Below are positions 29,965 through 40,179 of a stretch of DNA of 64,000 nucleotides, piece after piece. Origin of the DNA: Vulcanimicrobiota bacterium (lineage in GTDB: Bacteria > Vulcanimicrobiota > Xenobia > Xenobiales > JADMJV01). Each line of letters opens with the position of its first letter. Within the stretch, counting starts at the first letter, position 1. The notes under the pieces are model-generated. The model was given only the letters and a program-made list of their open reading frames with translations, searched no databases and was not told the origin of the DNA. The translations under genes were made by a program, and so were the position numbers. The DNA lies in assembly GCA_050250895.1 (NCBI GenBank), contig JBFWNU010000001.1:904008-968007 (forward strand). The letters run 5' to 3'.

Positions 29965-30225
29965 ATGCGGTGTTCACGATGTGGAAGCGACCTCCACCGG
30001 GACAACATGTACGACCTGCCCCGGTCGGTCGACGAGTACTACTGCATCGGCTGCGGCGAGCGCTTCTGGATCAAGCTCGAAGCCCCGCTGGACCTCAAGC
30101 CCTCGCTCGAATCCAACCCGGTCAAGAACCGGGCTGTCGACTCGGCGGCCAAGCGGGCCCAGACCCGCCCCCCCGAAGAAGACTTCACCTTCTCCTGGAC
30201 CAACTCGCCGTCTGCCTTTAACTGA
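29965..30225 (+). CDS. Small zinc-ribbon protein
   Basis: MRCSRCG ... YCIGCGERF, 86 aa from ATG 29965. Confidence 0.65.
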   Translation: MRCSRCGSDLHRDNMYDLPRSVDEYYCIGCGERFWIKLEAPLDLKPSLESNPVKNRAVDSAAKRAQTRPPEEDFTFSWTNSPSAFN

Positions 30226-30257
30226 CGTTTTTCAGACGGGCTTTCAGACGGTAGTTT

Positions 30258-30386
30258 TCAGACGGTAGACGGTAGTTCGGCGGGCTTGCGCGCCCTTGCG
30301 GGCTGGTCAGGAACAAACAGCTCAGGGAACTCATAGAGAAACAGCGTTAGTAGCTCTTTGAAGAGTCGGTCGGGGCGGGTAGACAT
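30258..30386 (-). pseudogene. 42-codon remnant resembling the N-terminus of Rpn/YhgA-like PD-(D/E)XK nucleases
   Basis: GGAGAG RBS, then MSTRPDRLFKELLTLFLYEFPELFVP, then an early stop inside short repeats. Confidence 0.5.
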
Positions 30387-30593
30387 GGTCTCTCCAATCT
30401 CGGCCGTGGGTCACGGCCCGGAATTGGCGCCTCTTCTCCCCTCGCCAGCGGCCTCCCGACGATCGAATTGTGAATATCATTGGTTGCGACGCTCTGTATG
30501 CCCAGGGCCACGGCGCGGTCTTGTTTAGCGAAAGCCGCCCGGGGTAAAAGGTGCGTTGGGGAGTCTATAGATTAGAAGAATTCTGGAGAAGAA

Positions 30594-31490
30594 ATGGCCA
30601 AGAACGGTAAGAAAAAGGGAACGCTGAAGGTCAAGAGCGGCCTGGCGCAGATGCTCAAAGGTGGCGTGATTATGGACGTCACCACCCCCGAGCAGGCTGT
30701 CATCGCGCAAGAAGCGGGAGCAGTTGCCGTGATGGCCTTAGAACGCGTGCCGGCCGACATCCGCCGGGAGGGCGGCGTGGCTCGCATGGCCGACCCCGTG
30801 ATCACCCAGAAGATCCTCGACGCGGTGACCATTCCGGTGATGGCCAAGGCCCGCATCGGCCACTTCGTGGAAGCCGACATTCTGCAGGCCATGGGCGTGG
30901 ACTACATCGACGAGTCGGAAGTGCTCACCCCGGCCGACGAAGAGTTTCACATCGACAAGCACGCCTTCGAAGTGCCCTTCGTTTGCGGTGCTCGCGACCT
31001 GGGCGAGGCCCTGCGCCGCATCGGCGAAGGAGCGGCCATGATCCGCACCAAGGGCGAGGCCGGCACTGGCAACGTCGTCGAGGCGGTGCGCCATATCCGC
31101 CGCATCAACGCCGAAATTCGCCAGGTCAGCATGCTGCCCGAAGAAGAGCTGATGACTTTTGCCAAGACCATCGGCGCGCCTTTCGAGCTGGTCAAACAGG
31201 TCAAGGAGCTGGGCCGGCTGCCGGTAGTCAACTTCGCCGCTGGCGGCATTGCCACTCCGGCGGACGCGGCTCTGATGATGCGCCTGGGTTGTGACGGTAT
31301 CTTCGTGGGCTCGGGCGTCTTCAAGTCGAGCGACCCGGCCCGTTGTGCCCGGGCTATCGTCGACGCCACCGCCCACTACAACGACGCCAAACAACTGGTC
31401 GAGTTCTCGCGCGGGATCGGCGAGCCGATGAAGGGTCTCGAGATTGCGGCCATTCCCGAACGCGAGTTGTTGCAGGCCCGAGGCTGGTAA
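30594..31490 (+). CDS. pdxS: Pyridoxal 5'-phosphate synthase lyase subunit PdxS
   Basis: [41 protein letters not shown]. Confidence 0.98.
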   Translation: MAKNGKKKGTLKVKSGLAQMLKGGVIMDVTTPEQAVIAQEAGAVAVMALERVPADIRREGGVARMADPVITQKILDAVTIPVMAKARIGHFVEADILQAMGVDYIDESEVLTPADEEFHIDKHAFEVPFVCGARDLGEALRRIGEGAAMIRTKGEAGTGNVVEAVRHIRRINAEIRQVSMLPEEELMTFAKTIGAPFELVKQVKELGRLPVVNFAAGGIATPADAALMMRLGCDGIFVGSGVFKSSDPARCARAIVDATAHYNDAKQLVEFSRGIGEPMKGLEIAAIPERELLQARGW

Positions 31491-32080
31491 TGCGCGTCGG
31501 CGTGATGGCCCTGCAGGGGGCCGTCATCGAACACCTGCAAACCCTGAAGGCTTGCCGCGTAGAAGCGATGGAGGTTCGCACTCCCGAGCATCTGGCTCAA
31601 GTCGACGGACTGATCTTGCCCGGCGGCGAGTCGACCACCATTGGCAAGTTGTTGGCTCGATTTGGTCTGCTTAAGGCCATCAAAGAGCGGGCTGAGCAAG
31701 GCATGCCGTTGTGGGGTACCTGTGCCGGGATGATCCTGCTGGCCAAGCAGATCACCAACGGTCTGCCCGACCAGCATTCGCTGGCCCTGATGGACCTCGA
31801 GGTCGAGCGCAATGCCTTTGGACGCCAGGTGGATTCGTTCGAAGCCGGCGTCGAGGTGGCGGGGCTCGGCGGCAAGCCCTTTCCGGCCGTGTTTATCAGA
31901 GCGCCACTAGCCCACAACCCGGGGTCCGGCGTAGAGGTGCTGGGGCGAGTGGGCGAGCGCATCGTAGCCGCCCGCCAGGGCAACCTGTTGGCCACCTCCT
32001 TTCACCCCGAACTTAGCGGCGACTTGCGCTTTCACCGCTACTTCATCGAGATGATCAAGAACGCCAACGTGCCGGCCTGA
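31490..32080 (+). CDS. pdxT: Pyridoxal 5'-phosphate synthase glutaminase subunit PdxT
   Basis: ALQGAV.EH, PGGESTT, GTCAGMI, FIRAP, FHPE; ATG overlaps the pdxS stop. Confidence 0.97.
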   Translation: MRVGVMALQGAVIEHLQTLKACRVEAMEVRTPEHLAQVDGLILPGGESTTIGKLLARFGLLKAIKERAEQGMPLWGTCAGMILLAKQITNGLPDQHSLALMDLEVERNAFGRQVDSFEAGVEVAGLGGKPFPAVFIRAPLAHNPGSGVEVLGRVGERIVAARQGNLLATSFHPELSGDLRFHRYFIEMIKNANVPA

Positions 32081-32935
32081 GTGAGCGACCGGCGCTTTGG
32101 CCTTCTGATCACCGGGCTGGGGGTCTTGTGTCTGACCCCTGACGCTCTTTTGGTTCGGCTCATCAGCTGCGATCCGTTCACCCTGCTCTTCTGGCGGGGG
32201 GTCTTGATGAGCCTCGGGCTATCGGTCTATTTCGTCGTTCAGGGCCAGCTGCCGAAGGCCGGTCTCAAGCCCCTACTGGCCGGAGGATTTCTAGCCTGCA
32301 GCACGACCTGCTTCGTGCTCTCGCTGCAACTGACCCAGGCGGCCAACACCCTCATCATCATCGCCACCTCGCCCCTGCTGGCGGCCATCTTTGCGCGCCT
32401 CTTTCTCAAAGAAACGGTGCGCCGCGAGACGGCTCTGGCCATCGCCGTGGCCATGGCCGGCGTCGGGCTATCCGTTTCCGGTTCGTGGGCCCGGGGCAGC
32501 CTGGTGGGCGACCTCTTCGCCGCCGGTAGCGCCGTCTGTATGGCCGGCCATTTCACCAGCCTGCGCTGGTGGCGCTCGGAGGAGGGCCCGGTGGCCGTGT
32601 GGTGGGCCGGCTGGATGGCGGCCCTCATTGCCGTGCCGCGGGCCGCGCCCTTGAGCGTCGAACGGGTCGATGTCTTCTGGTTGGCTCTGTTGGGCCTGGT
32701 GGTGCTGCCCACCGCCTTCGGGTTGATGGCGGTCGGTCCCCGCTATCTGTCGGCACCGGAGGTAGGCCTGATGCTGTTAGCCGAGACGGTGCTGGGCCCG
32801 TTGTGGGTCTGGATGGTGCTCTCGGAACGGCCCGACCCGACCACCCTGATTGGGGGTCTGGTGGTCATCGCCACGCTGGCCGGGCACGCCCTAACGGTAC
32901 CATCCGTCACGGAAGTCGAACCCGCCAGCGGCTAG
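32081..32935 (+). CDS. EamA/DMT-family transporter
   Basis: About 10 TM segments with a duplicated EamA pattern (FLKE, LSERP). Confidence 0.88.
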   Translation: MSDRRFGLLITGLGVLCLTPDALLVRLISCDPFTLLFWRGVLMSLGLSVYFVVQGQLPKAGLKPLLAGGFLACSTTCFVLSLQLTQAANTLIIIATSPLLAAIFARLFLKETVRRETALAIAVAMAGVGLSVSGSWARGSLVGDLFAAGSAVCMAGHFTSLRWWRSEEGPVAVWWAGWMAALIAVPRAAPLSVERVDVFWLALLGLVVLPTAFGLMAVGPRYLSAPEVGLMLLAETVLGPLWVWMVLSERPDPTTLIGGLVVIATLAGHALTVPSVTEVEPASG

Positions 32936-32945
32936 GATAAGGTCT

Positions 32946-33305
32946 ATGAAGACCATCCAGATGCGAAAAGAATCCCGTCAACCCGTTCAGCTCGATGTGC
33001 GTTCGGTGGACATTCCCGGCTATCGCGCCGTGACCCGCGATCTGAGCTTCACCGGCGCTCAACTCGAGTATCGCTCGAACAGCCCGCTTACGCCCGAGCC
33101 CGGCCAGTCGTTGCACTTCGAAGTCGCCCTCGACGGACTGTTCTCGCGAGCCGCCGAAGGCCTGGCCCGGGTCGCCTGGGTCCGTCGCCACGGTAAAACC
33201 GTGCGTCTGGGGCTGACCTTCGAGCGCGTCGGGTCCTATTCAAGACAACTGCTCGACATGTTCACAAACAATTCACCTGAGGTTCTAGTGCGGAAAGTAG
33301 GCTGA
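32946..33305 (+). CDS. PilZ-domain protein
   Basis: RKESR and DLSFTG c-di-GMP motifs; RVAW, GLTF. Confidence 0.85.
   Translation: MKTIQMRKESRQPVQLDVRSVDIPGYRAVTRDLSFTGAQLEYRSNSPLTPEPGQSLHFEVALDGLFSRAAEGLARVAWVRRHGKTVRLGLTFERVGSYSRQLLDMFTNNSPEVLVRKVG
33261..33303 (+). promoter_or_regulatory. Direct-repeat activator site plus -10 (TTCACAA-N4-TTCACCT-N19-TAGGCT)
   Basis: Read directly; precedes ORF 33335. Confidence 0.6.
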
Positions 33306-33334
33306 GGGCAACACCACGCCAATCGGAGGTCCTC

Positions 33335-34228
33335 ATGATGATCATGAGCTGTGGGCGGCCCACCTCCCACCAACGCCCTCTCCAAAAAGTCGCTCCGCCC
33401 ACCGAGGCGAGCGCTAGCCCGATCGACCAGGTCGATCTAGATTTTCAGACTTCGCCGGCCGAGGCTCCTCCGAACCATACCCCCAAACTGGCCGCTCTGG
33501 CCGCCGGATGCCTGGGCCTGATGGCTGTGGCCGCCCCCCTGGCCGCCCAGGCCGCTCCCCCGCCTTGCAGCATCGGCATTCAAGTGCCTGGCCACGAGGT
33601 GGGCCAGCCCCTGGGCGAAGGCCAGCTCAAAGAGATGCGTCAGGCCGCTCGGGGACACGACTTCGACAGCCCCGAAGCCAGCCAGATCCGCAAGCGTTAC
33701 GCCAGCCACATCGACCGCCTCGAGGCTGACAGCAAGACCTTTACCCAAACGACCCAGAGTCTGCTGACCCGCGCTGCCAGCCTCGATGCCACCGGCCTGG
33801 CGGAGTATCCCGACGGCTCGCGTTTGAGCCGCGAGACCGAAGGCGAGACCGTTCGCTTGACCGCCCGCGACGCCAAAGGCAACCTGACCCGCTTGACCGA
33901 TACTCCCCAGTTTCGTCGGCTCGAGACCGGCAACCGCCGCCAGACCCTCTATCTGACCGACGGGCTGATGCACCGCCAGGGTGACTTCGTGAGCGAACGC
34001 TACGACGGCAGCCTGACCGTCAACCCTGCCAACCCGACCCGCATCGAATCCAAGAGCGTGATCCACGGCTTCGCCGGAGACATCATCCATCGCGAGATCT
34101 TCGAGAAGCCCGAACTCTCGATTGGGGTCTATCCTTCGCCCGAGTTCGCCTACCGGTCCCATTACCAGGACCAGAGCGGCAAGAGCGATAAGGTGCTGAC
34201 CATCTACAGCGACGGCTCGGTCCATTAG
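33335..34228 (+). CDS. Hypothetical protein with disordered N-terminus and one hydrophobic segment
   Basis: GGAGG RBS; PIDQVDLD motif followed by LAALAAGCLGLMAVAAPLAAQA. Confidence 0.65.
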   Translation: MMIMSCGRPTSHQRPLQKVAPPTEASASPIDQVDLDFQTSPAEAPPNHTPKLAALAAGCLGLMAVAAPLAAQAAPPPCSIGIQVPGHEVGQPLGEGQLKEMRQAARGHDFDSPEASQIRKRYASHIDRLEADSKTFTQTTQSLLTRAASLDATGLAEYPDGSRLSRETEGETVRLTARDAKGNLTRLTDTPQFRRLETGNRRQTLYLTDGLMHRQGDFVSERYDGSLTVNPANPTRIESKSVIHGFAGDIIHREIFEKPELSIGVYPSPEFAYRSHYQDQSGKSDKVLTIYSDGSVH

Positions 34229-34235
34229 CCCCTCT

Positions 34236-35099
34236 ATGGCCGACTTTTCGAACGCGAAAGCCATACTGTACGCTCCCAACGGAGACGACCCCTGGACAGC
34301 CCTGGCCCGCACGACTCATCTGGGGGTGGGGGCCCATCCCGATGACCTCGAGTTCATGGGGTGGCACCCCATCCTCGACTGCTTTGACGATCCCCACAAG
34401 TGGTTCTCGGGGGTCATCGTCAGCGACGGCCGCTCGGCCCCGCGGGCCGGACGCTATGCCAGCCACGATGACGAGGCCATGGTCGAGGTACGCCGCAAGG
34501 AGCAACAGCACGCGGCCGTGACCGGGGAATACTCGGCCATGGCCTATCTGATGCACTCCGAGACGGGGCCGGTCATGGCCGGCCAGTTCGATCCGCTGGT
34601 GAGCGACCTCAAGATCGTGCTCGCAGCGGCCCGACCCGAGGTCATCTTCACCCATAACCTGGCCGATCGCCACCCCCACCACCTGGTGGTCTGCCTGGCC
34701 CTGCTGCGCGCCCTGCGCGCACTCGGCCCGGACTATCGCCCGCGACGCTTCTTCGGCGGCGAAGTGTGGCGAGGCCTCGACTGGCTGTCGACAGCCGACA
34801 AGCTGACCTTTAACGTCAGCCACCACCCCAACCTGACCGCCGCCTTGATGGGAGTCTTCGACTCACAAATCGAGGGAGGCAAGCGCTACGACCAGGCCAC
34901 CGCCGGTCGCAAAAAGGCCAACGCCACCTATCACGATCCCCTGACCACCGACCAGGCCGAAGCCCTGGAGTACGCCATGGATCTGATGCCATTGTTGGAG
35001 AACCCCGACCTGGACCCGGCCGACTACGTGGGGGGCCTCATCGACCGTTTTCGCCAGGAAGTCTGCTACAAGCTTCGGAACCCTGGCCAATGGAAGTAA
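34236..35099 (+). CDS. PIG-L/LmbE-family deacetylase
   Basis: AHPDDLE, RRKEQ, DRHPHH. Confidence 0.88.
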   Translation: MADFSNAKAILYAPNGDDPWTALARTTHLGVGAHPDDLEFMGWHPILDCFDDPHKWFSGVIVSDGRSAPRAGRYASHDDEAMVEVRRKEQQHAAVTGEYSAMAYLMHSETGPVMAGQFDPLVSDLKIVLAAARPEVIFTHNLADRHPHHLVVCLALLRALRALGPDYRPRRFFGGEVWRGLDWLSTADKLTFNVSHHPNLTAALMGVFDSQIEGGKRYDQATAGRKKANATYHDPLTTDQAEALEYAMDLMPLLENPDLDPADYVGGLIDRFRQEVCYKLRNPGQWK

Positions 35100-35863
35100 T
35101 CATCCTCGACTCGGACCGTCAGGTGGCCGAGATGGCGGCCGCCATCCTGGTAAAACAGGTCCAACAGAAACCCGATTCGGTCCTGGGTCTAGCCACCGGC
35201 TCGACCATGGTTGAAGTCTACGCCGGGCTCTGTCGCGCTCAACTCGATTTCTCGGGAGTACGGACCTTCAACCTCGACGAGTATGTCGGCCTGGCTCCGA
35301 CCCATCCCAGCTCGTACCACAGTTTCATGCGCGAGCATCTCTTCGAGAAGGTCAACCTCAAGCCCGAGAACTGTCGCGTTCCCGACGGGCTGGCGGGCGA
35401 CATTCCGGGACATTGCGCTGCCTACGAGCAAGCCATCGAGGCCGCAGGGGGCATCGACATCCAACTGTTGGGAATCGGAGAAGACGGGCATATCGCCTTC
35501 AATGAACCGGGGTCATCGCTGGCCTCGCGCACTCGCATCAAGGTCCTCACCCCGATCACCCGGGCCAGCAACGCCCGCCACTTTCCCCCGGGTGAGGAAG
35601 TGCCATTGCACGTGCTGACCATGGGTGTGGGCACCATCCTCGAGGCGCGACGCTGCCTCTTGCTGGCCTGGGGCGAAAAGAAGGCCGCGGCGATCCAGGC
35701 GATGGTGGAAGGCCCGGTCACGGCCATGTGCCCCTCGTCGGCTCTCCAGCTTCATCCCGTGGTCACGGTCATCCTGGATCGGCTGGCCGCTGACCGCCTC
35801 AGCCTCAAGGCCTATTTTCGCCGGGTCTATGAGACCAAGCCAGATTGGCAACGCGAGGTATAG
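35090..35863 (+). CDS. nagB: Glucosamine-6-phosphate deaminase
   Basis: LGLATGST, FNLDEYVGL, LLGIGEDGHIAFNEPG. Confidence 0.95.
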   Translation: MEVIILDSDRQVAEMAAAILVKQVQQKPDSVLGLATGSTMVEVYAGLCRAQLDFSGVRTFNLDEYVGLAPTHPSSYHSFMREHLFEKVNLKPENCRVPDGLAGDIPGHCAAYEQAIEAAGGIDIQLLGIGEDGHIAFNEPGSSLASRTRIKVLTPITRASNARHFPPGEEVPLHVLTMGVGTILEARRCLLLAWGEKKAAAIQAMVEGPVTAMCPSSALQLHPVVTVILDRLAADRLSLKAYFRRVYETKPDWQREV

Positions 35864-35892
35864 AGCCGGGGAAGAGCGGGTAGAACGTCCCT

Positions 35893-36615
35893 ATGTCCGA
35901 GGAAAAGCAAGAGAACTGGGTGAGCGACCTGGTGGCCGACCTCAAGGTCGTGCGGGTGGGCGATGCCATCAAGGAAAGCCTCATTTCCCTCAACCCCAAG
36001 AAGCGCAGCCAGTATTGGAAGAAGGAAGTCCAGGACTTCTACGGCTGGGACCAGCGCAACGATCCCGAGGTCTATCACAAGATCTGCACCGGTTGTCACA
36101 CGGCTGACGACTTCTACGCCAACACCGAGTCGGTGGTCTATCTGGCCGAGCCCACGTCCGACGACGAGTGCTTCAATATCGGCTGCGGAGCGGGACGAGT
36201 CGAGTTTCATCTAGCCCCCAAAGTGGCTCGTATTCACTCCGTCGACTTCTCGACCTCGATGGTCGAACTGGCCCGCGAGAAATGCTCGGTCCACTCCAAC
36301 GTGACCATCTCGCAGAACGACGGCGAGACTCTTCCGCTCGAGGACTCGGGCTACACCCTGGGTTGGTGTGAACTGGTTTTTCAGCATGTGCCGCGCCACG
36401 TGACCCAGGCCTACCTCCAAGAGGTGCACCGAGTCCTCAAGCCTGGGGGCCGCTTCATCTGCAACATCCCCAAGCTCTCGCGCTATGGCAACACCGTGAC
36501 CTGCGGCGGCCTGACCCGCCGCCAGACTCTGAAGATGGTGGAAGGCCTGTTCTCTGACGTGCAGGTGCTCGACCCCGACAACGTCTACCACCACGTGTTG
36601 CTGCTGAGGCGCTAG
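35893..36615 (+). CDS. Class I SAM-dependent methyltransferase
   Basis: IGCGAGR, VDFS, VFQH, RVLKPGG. Confidence 0.85.
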   Translation: MSEEKQENWVSDLVADLKVVRVGDAIKESLISLNPKKRSQYWKKEVQDFYGWDQRNDPEVYHKICTGCHTADDFYANTESVVYLAEPTSDDECFNIGCGAGRVEFHLAPKVARIHSVDFSTSMVELAREKCSVHSNVTISQNDGETLPLEDSGYTLGWCELVFQHVPRHVTQAYLQEVHRVLKPGGRFICNIPKLSRYGNTVTCGGLTRRQTLKMVEGLFSDVQVLDPDNVYHHVLLLRR

Positions 36616-39600
36616 TGCGTCGCCTGGTCATCATTGGGCTGCTGTGCCTGGGACTGGCCCCGGCCTGGGCCCAAACCGGCATGGAATGGGTCGAGCAGGC
36701 TCAACAAGCCGAGGCCGCCGGACAACTCGAGCCAGCGGTCAGAGCATGGGAGAAAGCCGCCGAGATCCTTTCGGACCCGGCGGCCAAAGCCACCGCTCTC
36801 TTCTTTCTGGGACGCGGTCAGATGCAGCTCGGCCGCCATGAAGAATCCTTACACTCCCTGCGTTCTTCGCTGGCCCTCTTTGACCAGCTCGACCGCGACG
36901 ATGGCCGGGCCATGGTCGAATCACAACTTGGCTATCTGTTCATCGAACTCCGGCGCGATGCCGAGGCCGAGGCTAGCTTAACCAACGCCCACGAAGCGGC
37001 CGAACGCTTTGGCGACGAGCGCCGCCAGCGTGAGGTCCTCAAGGCCCTGGCCGAGTTTTGCGACACCCGCCACCGCTGGCCAGAAGCGGCCCATTACTAT
37101 CGATTGCTGATCGAGCTCGAACGGGCGGCCGGCAACCCCCTGGCCGTGGCCGAAGCTCAGATCACCCTGGGAGCGATCGCCCAGCTGCAGTCTGACTATA
37201 CCAGCGCCGAGGCTTTGTATCGCGAGGCTCTGGCAGCCTTCGAACAAGCCGATCAGGCCGACCGCATCCAGCCACTGGTGGACCGCCTGGGTAGAATGCA
37301 TCTTCAATCTGAGCAGTTCGACCAGGCCAGCCAGGAATTCGCGCGGGTCATCGAACTGGCCCGCGCACGCGGCGACCGCCAGAAAGAAGCCGCCACTCTA
37401 GCCAACCTGGGTTATGCCGAGCAACGGGCCCACCACCGTGACCAGGCGGCCGAGGCCTATCGAGCCAGCCTGGACCTGTTCACCCAGTTGGGCGACGACG
37501 ACAACCGCCGGCTAATAGGGCGTCAACTCATCAAAGTGCTGAATGCGCCCGAACAAGCCCGGGCCGTCGACGAACTGTATCCTCGACCTGACCAGCTCCA
37601 GGCCGACCAGAGACTCGAGGCTGCCGGTCTGTGTTTGGAGCTGGGCCTGGTCGAGAAGGCCCAGACGTTTCTCGTCGCGCCCCCCGACGAAGGCCGGGCC
37701 GCCTTTCTCAATCGGGCCGGAATGCTGTGGTCCAAGTATTCTCGCTACGATCTGGCCCGCCCACTATTCGAGCAGGCTTTGGAGCTTGCCCAGGCCAGCA
37801 AGAATCGGGCCCTGGAGGCAAGCACGCACAACAACCTGGGCGAAATGGAACACTCGCTGGGGGCTCTGGATAGGTCTGAGATGAATTATCGCCTGGCCTA
37901 CGGGATCTTTGAGGAGCTTGGCGATCGCAGCTCGCTAGCCTATCTCTGCAACAACCTCGGGCAAATCTATTTCGATCAGGGGCGCTACCGCCAGGCCCTG
38001 CAAATTCTGGGCCGAGCCGAGAGCCTGGCCCTCGATCCCGCGGTCTTCGGCAAGCCCGTCCCCCTGGTGGGGACCGTCCTCAATGCCATGGGCCTCACCC
38101 ACGTCTTTCTCGGCCGCCCTCTCGATGCCGAGAACTATTACCAGAGGGCCCTGGCCGTGCGCAAGGCCCTCAACGACAGACGCGGCGAGGTGGTCACCCT
38201 CACCAATCTCGGAGCTCTGCATAGCGAGAGCAACAAACCCGAGCTGGCCATCGCCACTTCCCTCAAGGCTCTATCCCTGGCCCAGGAACTCAAGGATCCA
38301 AACCTGACCGCTAACCTTTACAATAACCTTGGCAGCCAGTACCAAAAGTCGGGCGATCTGGCCAGCGCCGAACAAGCATACAGCCAGGCCCTGGAACTGT
38401 TCCGCGAGATCGGCGCCCGGGGAAGCCAGGGCATCGCTCTCGACAATATCGGGTCGTTGCTATTGGAGCAAGACAAACTCGCCGAATCGAGCCAGCACCA
38501 TCGCCAGGCCATCGCCTTGCTGCAAGAGTCGGGTCAGCGCCTGCCTCTATGCAGCGCCTACGTCCATCTCGGACATAGCCTGTTGCGCAGCGAAAAGAAC
38601 GAAGAGGCCGACCTGGCCTTCCAAGAAGCCTCGGAATTACTCGAAGATCTCGCCCTGGGGCTGACCCCTCAGGATCGCGCTTCTTTCTTGCAACGGGCCA
38701 AAGACTTGCACGGATGGCGGATGCAGCTGATGCTCTCGCTCAACCAACAAGAGGCCGCCTTCACAATCAGCGAGCAGGCCCGCGCCCAGGAACTTCTGGC
38801 CATGCTGGCGGGGCGTGAGACCTCGCTCGAGGGCGTGCCCAGCGTCCTGGTCGAACGAGAGCGCACTCTGCGAGAAACCATCCGAGCCCTGGTGGCCGCC
38901 CCCTTCTCGCCCCACAACCGAACCGAACTCAACCGCTATAAGGAACTCTACCGAGTCGCTCTCCAGGAGATCGCCCGTTATCGGCCGGTGGCAGCCTCCG
39001 CCAGAAGTGCAGACGCGGCAGCTCCCAGGGACTTACGCGCCCAACTGGGTCCCGACCAGGCCATGATTTGCTTTTATCTTTTCGAGCGGAGCACGCTGGC
39101 GGCGGTGTTGACCTCACAAGACTTCCAGTTCTATCGCCTGCCCATGACCCCAAAGAGTCTGAAAAAGTCGGTGGCCCAGGTGCGTCGTCTGCTGGGTGAA
39201 CCGGGCACCGCGCCGGCCGCCGAGCAAGTGCTCCGAGAGTTGGGAGAGGGCCTGCTCGGGCCTCTCCAACAGGCGATCCAGGGCAAGTCCCATCTCATCA
39301 TCGTGCCCAGCGGGGATCTTCACTACCTTCCCTTCGCCTCGCTTCAATTGGGCGGCCGCTCGCTGGTCGAGGACTACCAGTTGGAAATCGCCGGCAGTGC
39401 TACCGCCTGGCTGCTCCTGCATAGCCGGCCCACTCAACCCGGCCCGGTGGCTGGCTTCGCCCTGGGCAACTACGACATCGATTGGACTCAATCGGCCGCC
39501 AATCCCGATGCCGAGCTGGGACTGGTCCGGGGCCAGAACTTCGCGGCTTTGCCGGGCACCCTGGCGGAACTCGAAGAACTCGAGAGGCTTTTTCCTGACG

Positions 39601-40088
39601 GCCGCGCCTTTCGCGGCCAGGAATTGACCGTCCGCAAGCTCGAGCAAGAAGCCGAATCGGCGGGGGTATTACACGTGGCCACACATGGAGTGCTGGATCG
39701 ACGCTACCCTTTGTTCTCGGGCCTGGTAGCCGCTGACGGGATGCTGACCGTGGGCGACATCTTCGAATGGAAGCGCGCTCCCTCGCTGGTGGTGCTCTCG
39801 GCCTGCCAGACCGGGCTGGGAGACGTGGCTGAGGGTGACGACATCGTAGGCCTCTCGCGCGCCTTTCAATACGCCGGGGCGCGCTCGCTGGTGGCTTCGC
39901 TATGGTCGGTCGACGACCGCTCGACGGCTGATTGGATGGGCTTTTTCTACCGCGAACTCCGGGCCGGCGCGACCACCGCCCAGGCCCATCGCGTAGCCAC
40001 TTTGAAAACCCGAGAAAGGTACCCCAATCCCTATTTCTGGGCACCCTTCATCCTCTATGGAGACGGCACCACCAGACTGGTTGAATAG
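36615..40088 (+). CDS. Exported TPR-CHAT (caspase-like) protease
   Basis: Signal peptide, many TPRs, CHAT dyad motifs HVATHG and LSACQTG, SLWSVDD, PYFWAPF. Confidence 0.92.
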   Translation: MRRLVIIGLLCLGLAPAWAQTGMEWVEQAQQAEAAGQLEPAVRAWEKAAEILSDPAAKATALFFLGRGQMQLGRHEESLHSLRSSLALFDQLDRDDGRAMVESQLGYLFIELRRDAEAEASLTNAHEAAERFGDERRQREVLKALAEFCDTRHRWPEAAHYYRLLIELERAAGNPLAVAEAQITLGAIAQLQSDYTSAEALYREALAAFEQADQADRIQPLVDRLGRMHLQSEQFDQASQEFARVIELARARGDRQKEAATLANLGYAEQRAHHRDQAAEAYRASLDLFTQLGDDDNRRLIGRQLIKVLNAPEQARAVDELYPRPDQLQADQRLEAAGLCLELGLVEKAQTFLVAPPDEGRAAFLNRAGMLWSKYSRYDLARPLFEQALELAQASKNRALEASTHNNLGEMEHSLGALDRSEMNYRLAYGIFEELGDRSSLAYLCNNLGQIYFDQGRYRQALQILGRAESLALDPAVFGKPVPLVGTVLNAMGLTHVFLGRPLDAENYYQRALAVRKALNDRRGEVVTLTNLGALHSESNKPELAIATSLKALSLAQELKDPNLTANLYNNLGSQYQKSGDLASAEQAYSQALELFREIGARGSQGIALDNIGSLLLEQDKLAESSQHHRQAIALLQESGQRLPLCSAYVHLGHSLLRSEKNEEADLAFQEASELLEDLALGLTPQDRASFLQRAKDLHGWRMQLMLSLNQQEAAFTISEQARAQELLAMLAGRETSLEGVPSVLVERERTLRETIRALVAAPFSPHNRTELNRYKELYRVALQEIARYRPVAASARSADAAAPRDLRAQLGPDQAMICFYLFERSTLAAVLTSQDFQFYRLPMTPKSLKKSVAQVRRLLGEPGTAPAAEQVLRELGEGLLGPLQQAIQGKSHLIIVPSGDLHYLPFASLQLGGRSLVEDYQLEIAGSATAWLLLHSRPTQPGPVAGFALGNYDIDWTQSAANPDAELGLVRGQNFAALPGTLAELEELERLFPDGRAFRGQELTVRKLEQEAESAGVLHVATHGVLDRRYPLFSGLVAADGMLTVGDIFEWKRAPSLVVLSACQTGLGDVAEGDDIVGLSRAFQYAGARSLVASLWSVDDRSTADWMGFFYRELRAGATTAQAHRVATLKTRERYPNPYFWAPFILYGDGTTRLVE

Positions 40089-40103
40089 CTTGCGTCGCCT
40101 TTG

Positions 40104-40157
40104 TTAACAAAAGGTTTCCATTCTCCTCATCTTGAGGTCATCCCGGCCGCCTATGCT
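40104..40157 (+). promoter_or_regulatory. Direct-repeat activator site plus -10 (TTAACAA-N4-TTTCCAT-N4-ctcatct-N19-TATGCT)
   Basis: Read directly; precedes ORF 40180. Confidence 0.5.
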
Positions 40158-40179
40158 GAGATTCGAGGAGGTGTGCAAC

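Noticed and set aside
29965-30225. Small ORF as the lasso precursor for the B2 protease
   Set aside because: It is a CxxC/CxxC zinc ribbon with no YxxP leader or T(-2)/G1...D/E8-9 core pattern, and no cyclase is nearby.
30230-30266. TTCAGACGG repeats as Neisseria-type DNA uptake sequences
   Set aside because: Only 9 of 10 bases match and they are confined to one spot; real uptake sequences would be dispersed through the window.
36615-40088. CRISPR-associated or antiphage TPR-CHAT (Csx29-like) system
   Set aside because: It has a Sec signal peptide, and no Cas7-11, gasdermin or other defence partner is adjacent.
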